DNA from: Ramazzottius varieornatus
Lineage: Eukaryota > Animalia > Tardigrada
Assembly: GCA_001949185.1 (NCBI GenBank)
Contig: BDGG01000003.1
Location: forward strand, 3,083,158-3,147,157
DNA: 64,000 nt
Direction: 5' to 3'
Below are positions 18,857 through 31,369 of the stretch, in pieces. Each line of letters opens with the position of its first letter. Position 1 is the stretch's first letter. A program made the position numbers and the translations under genes. The notes beneath the pieces are model-generated. The model did not search any database and was not told where the DNA came from. It saw only the letters and a program-made list of their open reading frames with translations.

Positions 18857-21034
18857 ATGATCACGGGACTGGGATCCTCTTTTGCTCCTCTGGGAGTTAT
18901 GGATGGAAGCACAGCAGCTGGAACATTCGGGCTAGTAAGGTATCCCAGTAGTTGCTGTCAGGTTTGTGGGGGACGTTCGTCTGGCGTCCATTACGGAATC
19001 CTTTCGTGCGAAGGCTGTAAGGTAAAAAAGAGTAGCACCCGTTTCACGTCGCATCATTGTCGACCTATGCATTTCTTCCTTCTAGGCATTTTACAAGCGC
19101 TGCGTGGATAACAAGACGGTTTACCGATGCTTCTTCGGGGAGACCTGCGATATTGGACCGAACAATCGCAGCCATTGCAAAGCATGTCGCATGTTGCGAT
19201 GCGTCAAAGCTGGCATGCAGCTCAACAGTAGGTCAACCTTGTTGCTCCGGACTTTATCCCGTTCGGCTGTTCTAATAGCACACACTGACAGCAACGAAAA
19301 TGGGAAGGACGCCAAGACGAACACCAGCTATCCCAAGGCCCAAGCTCTTTAACAGCATCGGTACAACGACGAGCGCTGGTTCCTCCGCATTAACGAGCCG
19401 CTCAGCTGCTGCAGACAGCAGGACTGATAACACTAGGCGTGAGGGAAGCCACAATTCTACATTCCGCAACGGTATGTATACTTTCTCGGACCTTACTTCT
19501 TCGTGCCTTCGAATGCCAAAGGTTTATATGAAGACCACATGATGCGATTCGTTGACTGATTCAGCTGCTCGTGACCCGGAAAGTGGCCCAAGTCCTTTGG
19601 AGGATGGTGGACTTTGGCCACTTTCCTCCAAAGGACTTCAGACACTGCCGTCGCATTCCCCTGCTCTGGATATTCAGCAGACGTGTGTACCTAATATGTA
19701 TAATACCCGACTGGAAGAATGCAGGATGCTGATGTCCTCTATGGCACAAGCCGAGAAGGCGCAACGACGATCCAGTGTGCTCGACATAATCTTCCAGTCC
19801 CACGTCGACCCGTACTGCACACTTTCACTGGTCCCCGACGGAAAGTTCCACCAGATCCAACCCGGATGTTCCGACGACATGCTACTTTCTGCACCCCAGC
19901 AAGTCCCATGGAATATGAGCATCGAAGGAACACTCAAAGCCATCCACGATGCAATTGAGACTTGCTATGGCGAGTCATTCGCTGAATGGGACGCGTTTAT
20001 GCACGATGTGCTTGTCAACGGAAACACCCCGGTATAACATTCTCCATCTTTCGTATCAACTTTCTTCTTTCCAACTCTAAACTGCTTGGTTTCAGTATCA
20101 GCCACAAATAGCCATAAAATCCATGATCGACAACATCCTCAACTCCATCAAAGGAACGGTCAAACTCCATTGCCAGTTCACATTCTTGGTGCCCGGCTTC
20201 TCGGAGCTCGACCATGATGATCAGCAGATTCTGCTGAAAGAACGATGGGCGGAACATTGGCTGGTACGTTGAATACATACTGTGAAGGCCATTATGGACG
20301 ATGAACTCCTTAGACAGATCAGAGCTCAGCAAGAAAATCGATTTAATTGTTTTCCCAAGTGGCGCACGTTTTCGATGCTATTGGCTGGATGCGTACGCCA
20401 CTCGAAAAAAGAACCTGATCGAGCTTGTATCCTAAATTTTACTTACTGTTTCCAGATGACGCACTTCCGCTACATCCGGTATAACAACATGTACTACCTG
20501 TCGGGCCCGTTGCGCATCCATTACTCCATCTACTGGATGCAGCAGGTCCTGGAGCCAGACTACATTCGTCTGATATTTGCCTTTGGTGAAACTTTGAACG
20601 GACTAGAGTTGACTAACCTGGAAGCATTCTTGATGCTGATCGTCACAATATTCCGCCCAGGTATTTTCCTTAGAATTTATTTTCTCACCGGAATAAACGA
20701 CGGTTGTTTCCTTTTCTGTCCAGACACGACTATGGCGCGGAATAAGGGTGCGCTTGCTTTCCTCCACGCCCACTACGCTGACTGCCTCCTCTACGCGATT
20801 CGATCTCACAACTCTACGTCGCTTCTCGGCCCGGAACGGGAACATCAAATCATGGAGTTCCTCCTGCAGCTTCGTGCCTTTCACAAGATTGGCCGGTATT
20901 ACACGCAGCAGTTGGATGTTAGTAAGACGCCATTCCAAAGTAGCGTCACGGTGGATGACGCTCTCTCGCTGGATGACAAGCCGACGTCGGTCGCCCATTC
21001 AAAAGAGAGCCTCAGTACCGTGTTTGATAGTTGA
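18857..21034 (+). CDS. Divergent nuclear hormone receptor (C4 zinc-finger DBD plus LBD); 5' end uncertain
   Basis: CQVCGGRSSGVHYGILSCEGCK|AFYKRCV...YRCFFGETCDIGPNNRSHCKACRMLRCVKAGM; LBD-like DDQQILLK and LELTNLEAFLMLIVTIFRP. Confidence 0.88.
20344..20416. repeat. Palindromic mini-element in nuclear receptor intron
   Basis: GTTTTCCCAAGTGGCGCAC-N25-GTACGCCACTCGAAAAAAG. Confidence 0.8.
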
Positions 21035-22338
21035 GGAAACAAAAAAAGTTGGCAAAGTTAGCTCTACTTAATTTACCTGCTGCACATCCCGGTGTAAAGT
21101 TTTAATCGATCGGCTTTGCCGAAGGTCTTATCGAAATTATTTTGTCCGTTCCGGGCCTTCCGGCTGCCGTTGAGAGTATTTTTTCTGTTAGTGATTTATT
21201 GTTTCTCACTTTCCAGCCCCTGTACGTAATAACAGCGTACGAGTAGCTGATTTTACTGGAAGTACAGTTTCATGTATAATTAAAGAACTGTGCGGAGTTC
21301 GATAATCCGTTTAACTCGCAAAGCCTCGACCACTCCGTACCGTGTATGGGTCAAAATTCAAGAATCAAAGGTTCTTCGGAACAGAAATTGGAAGTCACAG
21401 CCCGGAAGTTCTAGCATCTCCGCAGGAGAAAGGTCAGGCCTTGTCGAGAATCAGGGAGCCTGAACTCGAAGGTTGGCGCCTTCGACGAGTACGTGCGCGA
21501 CATCGAAGATCACGGTTGAAGTCTCAATTTCGGTCATGGGCTGTAGGGGTGTGGGGGTGCAGGTGTGTAGACTAGCATGAGTGGCGTCAGTGGCATAAAC
21601 TTAGAGCCGAAAAATGTCGGAGAGGGCTCCTCTCACCACCGGCACCACCAAGGGGCTCTTCTCAGCACTTGTATTTAGAGTCTTGACACCATCCACGGCT
21701 AATCGCACCACCACCCAGCATTGGTAGAGCATGGAATCTGGCCGCATGCGCTCCAGTGCGGCTCCACTGCATGCAACAGGAAGCCGAAGACTGCCGCGCA
21801 GATGCAGGTACCGAAACCCGACGAAAAACTGAGTTTTTGGGTGTTCGAACTTCAGGGCGTACATCAGCGTGCAGCGCAGGTGCAATAGGCAAGTTGCGAA
21901 GTCAGCAAACTCATGCCACGCTGTCTTTCCGAGAATTCTCAGCTTTCCAAGTTTTTTCGTGAACTAGCGTTTGAGTCAGCCAATACCGAAGTGGAACAGT
22001 AGCAAGCTCGTCTAACCGGTTCCCTCCGGGGTATGATGGTCACGAGCACGTTCGACGATTTTCAGTCTGGGAAGTGGGAACGACTCTACATTGCAGCCGG
22101 AACGGGGTGATCAGGTCGGGAACTCGGCCATACCTGCTGCGTAATGGATGCTGATTGCTGGAGTACCTATGTATTAGGAACGCAAGTGAGATGTCCTAGC
22201 AATCAATGGGGGTTCGAACTTCGGTGAAAATTCGTATTTTCGCTCCGCCGAGCCTTATCTACCCACAGGCCATAGTGGCATATTGCCAGAGCTTCGAGTT
22301 CCATCCCGCACGTATGCGCTGACGGCTTTTGTACTCAG

Positions 22339-23695
22339 GCATTTTACAAGCGCTGTGTGGATAACAAGACGGTGTACCGATGCTTCTTCGGGGAGAACTG
22401 CGATGTTGGACCGAACAACCGAAGCCACTGCAAAGCATGTTGCGATGCGTCAAAGCTGCCATGCAACTCAACAGTAAGCTCCGCACCAAGAGCAGGTCAT
22501 CGTTCTCGAATACTCTTGATGCATTTAGCGTGCAGTTCTAATATCGTGTTTGCCATGTGTCAACAGCGTCGAAGACGGGAAGAACGCCAAGACTGACACC
22601 TGCAGCGCCGCGACAGAAGCTGTTCGACATCGCCATCTCTCCTGTATCTTATCGCGACGCATCCTCTTCGGTCGGACTTGAAAAACATTTACCGACACCT
22701 CTACCTCTCACTGATTTACCTTCGACGTCATCGCGCAAGTACCGCGATGACGTAAGCGACTGAAATCAAGGGTGACCGATCTGGTCCATTTCCCTCGTAG
22801 CCCTATTACACCAGTGCGCCACATGACCAGTTTTCTTTCCAGGTGCACTTCTTCGCGAAGTAGACAACCACAATCGCTCCTTGTAAGATCATTGCCAGGT
22901 GCCCTCGCACTCGCGCGTGGTGGATATGTAGCGAGCGGTCACACATCAAGCTGGAATAAAGGAATGTAAAATACTGGCGCCGTCTACGGCGCCGGCGCAG
23001 CGAGGTCCCAGCATGCTTTATCTGTTTTTCCAGACCCAGACCGACCCATATTCTACTTTCGTGTCGATGCCTTCAGCCATGTACCACCAAGTCCAGCATG
23101 ACTTCTCTGACAACATACAGATTTCTTTAAACCAGCAATTTTCCGAAGTGACTTGTGTGGAAACTACTCTCAAGGCGGTGCAGGATGCCACCGAGACATA
23201 GTACGGCACGTCGTTTGCTGAATGGGACGCCTTCACGAATGACGTGCTCGTCAACGGAAACACACCGGTATGGTGAATGGTAAAGTTTCATCTACTAGGT
23301 TCGGAAGGATGATTAAACAATTTCTTCGTTTCAGTATCAGCCGCAAATATCGTTGAAAGGTATGGTGAGGGTTGGTGAAGTGAACGGAAGGGAATTTCAC
23401 TTTTCTCTCCTGAACTTTTGGCCATTCTTTCTCAAGACATCAGTCGACCAACGGATCGCTGACGGATCGATTGATTGCTATTCCGGGTAAGAATGGTGAA
23501 AATTTCGGGGAAGAAAAGTGAAATCCGTTCCCTTAACTTCATCAGTCCGAGGTATGATGAAGTGCGTAACGGAGTCGGTGCAAAGGAACGGTGAAAACGC
23601 ATTGCCAGTTTACATGTTCCCTGCCGCTATTCTCCGATTTGGATCATGAAGCCCAGCAGATTCGTTTGAAAGAAAGGTGGATAGAATATTTTGTG
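22339..23695 (+). pseudogene. Tandem pseudogene copy of the nuclear receptor
   Basis: Exons homologous to 19086-20263 (AFYKRCVDNKTVYRCFFGENCDVGPNNRSHCKAC; SFAEWDAF..DVLVNGNTP; YQPQI); 7-bp frameshifting deletion near 22440; in-frame TAG at 23199-23201; MITE in an exon; first zinc-finger exon and the 3' LBD exons not found. Confidence 0.88.
23369..23549. mobile_element. 181-bp foldback MITE (Mutator-like) inserted into a pseudogene exon
   Basis: ~65-bp imperfect TIRs (GGTGAAGTGAACGGAAGGGAATTTCACTTTTCT / rc GATGAAGTTAAGGGAACGGATTTCACTTTTCT); ~11-bp target duplication AGGTATGGTGA / AGGTATGATGA. Confidence 0.82.
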
Positions 23696-23754
23696 GTAAG
23701 TTATCTGCTGCGATGGAAACTGGGAGGCCGGCAAGCAACCTCGAGAAGTCGAGA

Positions 23755-23822
23755 TTATCGTTATCTCAAGTGGCGCAGTTTTCCAGCCGGTAACAATGGA
23801 AACTGCGTCACTTTAGGCGTAC
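23755..23822. repeat. Palindromic mini-element in the pseudogene intron
   Basis: ATCGTTATCTCAAGTGGCGCAG-N24-CTGCGTCACTTTAGG. Confidence 0.75.
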
Positions 23823-24264
23823 AGTGGCTGAAACACTCCGTGTGGAATACAGATCACGGGCACCGCTAAATTACAAGTGGGCCACTGGTACCCTACTTTT
23901 GTTTCTGTGATATTCAGTGCGGTAGCTTTCGCTTCATGCATTTCCTTCGCACTAACCATTCCATCCTCATCTGTCCAGCGCACATAGTATTTTGGTATAG
24001 TTTTCCGCAGTCATGTTATGATAGACTTAGTTTCGACTCCACGCAGTTCAGCTCCGAACTGCGGAATTATGTATTCTGTTCCGCTAACACCCGATGCAAT
24101 GAGTAGGTTGTTTTTCCTGAATGCCTTCTGGCATACTGTAGGGGGAAAAAGTAGTGCCGGTAACGATGGTCGTTGTCGTCGTCACAGGAACGGAGCGTGT
24201 GTGACCGACAGAGAGCTTGCGAGGTCTGCCACACCTAATACAGTTTCGGTTTTCTGTTTTGGTT

Positions 24265-25861
24265 ATGGGAGCGAGAAAGGCCACGAGATCCAAGGATCCG
24301 AGCAGGTCGCCGTCCGTCGGAGGCAAGAGCGCCACCAGTGTTGGCAAGAATGCTCAACCCGGAAGTGCTAAGGGCGGCAAGGCAGGCAAAGTGGGCCCGG
24401 CGGAAAAGCTCAAGCTTGAAGAGGAAACTCTTGCCCGAGTAGGTACGCTGCTGCCCTTTACCGCGCATCTTACACTGTGAACGTTAACGAAGTGGAAGTT
24501 TTTCTTTTGCTTGTAGGAGCAAGAGCGTTTACGTCGAACCAAAGTAGACGAATTCGGTTTTGCGCTGGATGATTACAAAGAATTGCTAACTTGTCCAATT
24601 TCCGAGCTGTCCAAGTACGGACATTCAGTAGGCAAGAAATTCAACCGTGATCTCATAAAAACTATCTGGGAGCTGGGCAAACACAATGTGCAAGATCGCT
24701 GTCCTGAATGGCGCACCCTTTCGGCCAGTAACAATCAAATATGCGCCAACTGAGTCAACGATCTTGAGCGTATTGTCTGTCCCATTTAAGGGTGAATATG
24801 TGATCGAAGCTACCCTTGTTTGCAGGATATGCTGCCGCCTGTTTCAGTACGCTAGAGTGCCGAATAGTCATAAGAGCGCTTTCCTCGATCACCTGTATGT
24901 GCGGACCGTTCACGACCTACGCGTCTTTTCGGAGAACTCTGAAGATACTCTACGATTCCTTATCGACATATTTCTGGATATTGTAAAAGTAGTCAGAAGT
25001 AGGCTGACTGCTTTCCAAATAACTATATCGTGGCCGTACATAATTATATAACTTGAAAATAACATGTTTCCTACTGTTATAGAAGGACCAACTGAGATGG
25101 CGGATATTCTGGATGTCATGTCTCATGGATTTACCGAGTTACTGATGCCACCGGCTAATTTGACACCAGATAAAATATCTCAGATCATGAGTCTCTTCAC
25201 GGAAACGTAAGTGCAATTTTATTTGCAAACTGTCGATTCTTCATGAATGTTCAAGTGACTCTTTCCCACAGAATAGTCTACAACTCGAACCTCTTCCGAT
25301 ACGTGTTAACACAGGACGTTGTTCCCATCTACAAGACATCCAAAGTAAGTTTTTTCTTCCGCCCACATTTTTAGTATTCAACATTTTTCGAGTGAATGTC
25401 GAAGCGGAAAAGCTGCATCTGTAGCTGCTTCAGGAATAACAACGACATAATTACAGATAAAAATACTGCTTCCAAATGAGAGCTTGTTATCGAGCAACGG
25501 AGTCCTCCCTTTGGCTGAAGCAGTTCCCGAAAAAGAACTGGTGAAGACTGCAGCTGCGGCTCTTCCTAACACCTTACCGGATGGCTCAACGCAAGCAGCT
25601 GACCAGGTTTCTCGTGTCGCTATCCAAAACCATATTAACGGAGTCGGTGCGTTATTGAACGAAGCTTTGAACCTGAGTACCGCACACGAGCAGAACGCTT
25701 CGTCTGGCGTTTTCCCGGACCAGGTGCCCCGTCTTTCCGACGCAGAAGTGCAAGCAGCCATTCAACGAGTAGCGAAGGCGAAGTTCGCCGAGTTCCAGCG
25801 TGAGGTGGATGAAGCTGTTATGAGGAGGGAACACATCGTTGCTGAGTACGAGAAAAAGTAA
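24265..25861 (+). CDS. CLAMP-domain / CFAP119-C8orf74-like ciliary central-apparatus protein, about 6 exons
   Basis: Clean GT-AG exon chain from MGARKATRSK; KISQIMSLFTET|IVYNSNLFRYVLTQD and GVLPLAEA resemble the flagellar C1a-32 family; C-terminal coiled coil. Family call from memory. Confidence 0.6.
24693..24764. repeat. Palindromic mini-element (both termini intact) in intron
   Basis: AGATCGCTGTCCTGAATGGCGCAC-N24-ATGCGCCAACTGAGTCAACGATCT. Confidence 0.8.
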
Positions 25862-26352
25862 CAGATGGGAAATCCTTCTAAACAAGTGTGAGCATTCTAA
25901 AGACTCGGAACAACACGCTGCAACGAGCTGAATGTTTTTCGGCATTTCGGTATCGCTGAATCGGTTGTCCGCCTGATCGACACAACAATCGAGCACTGTC
26001 GCATCGGCTCACTGTTTCTGGTTTGGTAGGTCCCGCTAGTTCTGGCATTCTTAATTCTCCATTTGATGCTTCTTTCGAACAAATAAATTGGACTACGGTT
26101 CCAAGTACGAGTATCTTCGTTCATTCTTGACTGTCCCATTCTTTCAATCTGGCTTAACTCTTTTACATCCGAAGAAATCGGAAACTGCTGAGAAATCTTC
26201 CTCGTGATGCGAGGATTTTTTATCACTCGTTATAAGCTAGGGCAGACCGTAAGCTACAGAACGAATCCATGGGGTATCAGAAAAAGCTTGACAGAACGAC
26301 TTTTTCTCAGAAAAAGACTTCGTCATCGTTCTAAGTTACAAGACTGGTGCCT

Positions 26353-27036
26353 CTACACGTCACTGAAAACAGCACACTCACAACCGCCTCGAACACGAAT
26401 GACATTCCAACCAACTTCTCCTCTTTGGTTCTTGACCATGGCATAAACGAACGACTGCTGGGTGACGCAGTAACCCTGGTAAGCTGTCGTGTCGATGCCA
26501 AAACACTTGTGCTTTCCCAACATGGCGGGCCATTCGGGACGTTGAGAGGAATTTATGGGCAGTGAAATCTGATGGTGGTTGTGTTCCACTTTCGCACCGT
26601 CCGTCGTTAAAGATTCCCCGGCGCAATACCGCTCATTGAAGATTTGCTCGACCAAAGTATTGTTCTGCTCGAAAGTGGGCAAGACCTCCACTCGGTTTTT
26701 GTACAGATTGAAGGCATGATGAAGCTTCACCCAAGCGCTTTCCGTCTGACAGGACGGAGTAACTGTGTCTCCGCCGGTACTCCAGACTGGTCTAATTGTT
26801 GGGTTGGGAAGATCGGCGGTTCTGTACGGAACTGGGTTCGCCATCAACCCGGAAACACACACTAGAATGACGACGCCAAGGAAGCAAACTAGCCTATTAT
26901 ACTCGGACGTTCTCTGCAACAAAAATGTTGCTTTCAAAAACTGGCGAACTCAAGTGAAGTTACTGCTCACGGCTCTGAATTCACGAGCTGTTCGTTATAG
27001 GACAACCGATGAAAAGCTTCTCACCTGCGACGGCAT
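26353..27036 (-). CDS. NGF-family neurotrophin (cystine knot), 2 coding exons
   Basis: Exon 1 27036-27025 MPSQ; intron 27024-26941; hydrophobic signal LVCFLGVVILVCVSGLMA; CQTESAWV..VEVL..QIFNERYC..CFGID...YCVTQQSFVYAM..VGWNVIRVRGGCEC matches the NGF six-Cys signature. Confidence 0.88.
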
Positions 27037-28757
27037 GATATAACTGCGGTCCGAAAATCGGTGTGCCGGAAAACCAAAAGGTGCAGATACAGCGGTCCGA
27101 AGGCAGGATGCTTTAGAACGTAGGCTGAACTGCAGGGAGCTCGAGGAAGCTCACGTAAGAAAGTTAGCCACTGACTGGTGAGCTCACTTGCTACACCGGT
27201 TATATGACAGCACGGACCATGCATAATTAAAAACAGAAGAGGACCACTCGCTCTTGCGCGAATCCAGACAGAAAGAGAATCTTGTTAATAGTATGGGTGA
27301 CGCGGATGCGGGACAGTGTGGTAGGCGTATACTGCAGGTACGGGATCACTAACCAGCGTCATGCACGCTGGGAGTTGTGGGCGGATAGGGCGAGTCACAA
27401 GAAAATTAAACTAAATCATGCAGATCGTAAGGTAATGGATCCTCCTGATTTCACATCGAGCGCAGCAGTCTGAAGAAATTTGGCTTCCAAGAAAAAAGGT
27501 TAACATGTCTGCCAGGCTGGGTAGAAAACCCAATGAACACTATTTCCCCAAGCCAACTGAAATTTCGAACGTTTCCTCGCTTCTGGATTAACACTACGGG
27601 AAAAACTAGTGCGTGAAGTTGCGAGAGTAGTAAAGCCAAGGATGCGGCCGTCGAACTTGTGAACAACTTTTTGCACAAATTCTAGGCATGGCTAACCGCG
27701 AAAGAACCAGCTGAGCCATGTCAATAATATTAGGTGCGGAAGTATGATTTGTTAATCCCTCGGAAAAGGTTTTCAGAGAATTTTCCTGACTTCGAACCTC
27801 GGTATTTTTGATCGGGTTATCCACCCATACTAGCAAGGTACTCACTCGATTTTCCTGCAGTGAATACATGCCTTTACTGTAGGAGCGTAGGGGAAGAGAA
27901 AAGATAAACTCTCCGCAGCCATTTTTTGCAGCCTATCGGAGGAAATTGTTCTTTCTCGTTGGAAGTGTTCTGATTTTTCGACCTGATGATAATCTTTAGT
28001 ATCAGGTCGGCTCTTCCTGGTATGCGAAGGAGAGTTTCCAGTTCCACCTCCTGCAGTTTTGTGAAAGCGTTTTGTTCAATGTCTACTCTAGAGCTGACGT
28101 GCAACATCAGTGCTTTTAGTCGACTGAATAATTTCGTTTATCGCTCTTCCCCGTACCAGAGAGGTCTGATCCCCAGCTACCGTTATGCCAAGCAGAAGGA
28201 TTTCCTAGCGGTCTGCACTGCAAAATAGCAACCAGACAGTAACCAAAATTTTCCGTTGGTGCCGCTCACGATTCGAAATTTTCTGCGACCTTTCGAAACA
28301 TTCCAATTTTTGCTTCAGAACGTGCTATAGAGCCCACTTATCTGGCATCTTCTCGCCCGTGTGGGATGCGTTGGCGTCTCGAAAAAAATCATAGTGCTGG
28401 ATGACCCAAAAATCTCGTTAGCAACGATTCAAACAAAATTATTCCTGCTTCGCCGCGGAGCTGAGAAACTCAGAGCAGTAGAGCACCAGACGATAGCCAG
28501 GAGTTGGTAAAACGACAGAAAAAAACTTCAGGACCAAAGACCAAGGGGGAGTGTAACCGTGATTGTTTGAAGTTGACGTGTTCCCAGGAGTAACAAGCCA
28601 TACAGTACTTCCGCACCCAATATTTTGGCATAACCAGCGCACCTTCTATTCTTCACGCGAATTGGACAAGTGAAATGTACATCTGAACCAGAAAGTCAGA
28701 GCAAGCCAATCAATCATCAAGCTGTATTTACAAGTATTCACGCGGAGGAAAGACATT

Positions 28758-30906
28758 CTAAATCTTACAGCCAGTGACCGAAGATTTCCAGTTGCAGTAC
28801 TTCTTCACCGGATCAAACACCAAGGAGTTCCCGCACTGTCGGTAGAAAGCGTTACCGTTTGCATCACAGTCACAGTAAGCAGGGGAGCAAGCTTGGACAG
28901 CGAAACTTCCTGGTCCATTCTTCTGGCAGAGATCCCGCCCACAAACTAGAACAAATTAGTTCTCGTGACCAACGACAAGCTAAGCGCTATTCTCACGGAT
29001 AACCTATGTGGTATTTCAGAGTATACCGGAAGAGACCCCAGAAACCGTACTGGAGCCCGATTTCGTTGTGGTGGTCGTGGGTACCGGCCTGGCGGTAGAT
29101 CTGGTAGTCGTCGTGGTCGGAGAGGTTCTGGTCGTTGAGATAGGTCTCGCAGTGGTCGTCATTGTAGCTGTTCTTGCTGTAGAACTTGAAGGTAATTGAG
29201 TTGTAGTCTGAGTGGAGGTCCCGGCTAAAGTATCGCGAATCGCTGTCAGCAGCGGATTTTTTCCCTGACCACACATATTCATGAAGTCGTCGGTCGACAG
29301 GTCCCATACGTAGACGCCCCCAAAGCCATTTTGTTTTGCCCATTGCGTCTGTTAGCCCAATTCCATGTTACCCAACTCTCGCCGATGAACAGATTAGTAA
29401 TTTAGCACAGTGGAAATTAAGTGATACCTTGGCTATAATTGTTTGTTGATCGTCGTAGCCCATCCACCAGGTGTTCGTATAGGCGTAGGCTGCTTGGATA
29501 TTAGTGTCGAAGACCTTGGTGGCCTTCTCGGAAGCAATTTTGCTGCAGATTTCAAAGTAGGGCCAACTGCCTGATTCGGTGGTGTATGTGCTGGCCGTAA
29601 TGGGTCCTGTGGCCGGCGAACCCAGGCCATGCTGTGACGAACTGCTCATCCATCCGCGTCCGTACAGGGGAAGACCCACCGCCAGTTTCGACTTATCGAC
29701 ACCTGCCGCTGCCCAGTCTAACATGATCTGAGCCTATAAAAATAATATCATGTAAATACCAGAACATAATCGCAGAGCTTCAGAAGGACCAACAAAATCG
29801 TTAGTGTGGCCGGTTGCCTTGACCGGAAGTCATACTGTGTTCAAGGCCGATGGAGTTCCGAAGGGACCCTTGAAAAGTGGAGCTTGATGTCCTACTTGGT
29901 TGGGACTCCATGCGCCGTACATATCATACGTCATCACATTAGCAATATCCAAAGTCCTGAAATTGACCAAACTTGTCTAAAGTCAGAAGTTCCGCGTGGA
30001 ATTATTAACGTTGTGAATCTGCTGGCGCCTACTTGTTCAAGACACTCCCACTGTATCCGCCATCCGATAACAGATGGAGCGCTGCGGTTAGCATAAGTCT
30101 CTGTTTTCCAGTTTGCCGCCCTTCGGCATCAAACGCGGCTCGGAGTTCCTGCGCACAGATGAGTATGGTCAGAAACTACCAATATTTCGACGTCCTCTGC
30201 ATCTAGCCACGGCTGGTAATTTGTTAAACTAGTACCGTCAGCAAAGCAGAGTACTGAGGTGCGTCCGAGGCAGAAGGAAACTCCCAGTCGACATCCAAAC
30301 CATCCAGGTTGTACTTCCGGAGCTGCGTGACGGCGGACTGCACAAACGTCGCTCGACTGCTGGGCGTTGCAGCCATCGAAACGAGTTGACTGGTCAGCGT
30401 CCATCCGCCAACACTGTAGAGAATCTTTAGGTTGGGATTACTGGCTTTCAAGGCATTCAACTGTTGGAATGCCGCTGTACAGTAGAAACACACAGACATT
30501 ATCTTCTGTCACACTCATTGGGGAAAACAGTTCAAATAAACTGCTCGACGAACCTTCATCATTCCATTCAAGTGTGGTGAGTTGGTTCCCGCTGATCTGT
30601 CCGAACGCCACCAGGACGTAAGTGCACAACGATGGGTCCACATTTCCGGGTTTGAAGCTGGCGACACCTGGACGATACTGCGCCCAGTTGGGGTAGTAAC
30701 ATCCGCGAAGAGGGTAAGTGATAATGGGTTCTGTGAGGAAAACGACATATTTTCGTAGCCGTTTTCGACATATTCCTGAGGACAGCCAGGACACCCCATT
30801 GTGGAAAGAACACTGTTGGAAACGTTCACGTACCTGCTGCTTTAGCGATAGAGATGAACTCTACGGCGACGAATAGCATTGCTACCATCCCAGATGTGAT
30901 CGACAT
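28758..30906 (-). CDS. Secreted GH18 chitinase with Thr/Ser-rich linker and C-terminal CBM14 (peritrophin-A) domain
   Basis: Signal peptide; CYYPNWAQYR, SVGGW, catalytic DGLDVDWEFP intact, MTYD, KLAVGLPLYGR, WMGYDD; C-terminal C...YCDC...QCGNSLVFDPVKKYCNW...C. Confidence 0.95.
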
Positions 30907-31296
30907 TTTGCTGCGTGAAAAAGTCTCGAAATAGGAAGAAAAGGGTAAAAACTTGTGTTTAAGCTTCAGCTGTCGTTTTTTGTTCTTTATATACTTGAGG
31001 TCCTTCAAGGCCGGTGTCGGACTAGTGCCAACTGGTCAGCCATTTGAGGAGCCCTGTGAGAATTGCGTAACATGGGTTCTTCGTATGTGTAGATAAGGGA
31101 AACGCACCTTGGCTCTTCCGTCATGACTACCCTCATCTTTATGCTCATGTCAACAGTTTTACCAGCACTAAAGTTCAGCAAAACATGCTAGGTTCTCTGG
31201 TCGGAAATGCCAAGTATACGAGACTCATTAGCCGAAAATCATTTCTGGCGGAAAAGTGATGCTAGAATATAGGACTTGGGCATTAAGAGCTAAACC

Positions 31297-31369
31297 AGAT
31301 TGATATGTCAAGTGGCGCGCATTTCCAATCAGTACGTTCAGAAGAGTGCGCCACTGGGGAAAACGATCT
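31297..31369. repeat. Palindromic mini-element upstream of the chitinase
   Basis: TCAAGTGGCGCGC-N25-GTGCGCCACTGGGGAAAACGATCT. Confidence 0.8.

Noticed and set aside
21290-22260. Histone-like or transposon-like sequence between the nuclear receptor copies, and GGTTCGAA (tRNA T-loop-like) at ~22211
   Set aside because: No histone reading frame, no cloverleaf, and only weak terminal similarity.
27450-28650. Short ORFs between the neurotrophin and chitinase genes
   Set aside because: No motifs; looks like degenerate repeat or intergenic DNA.
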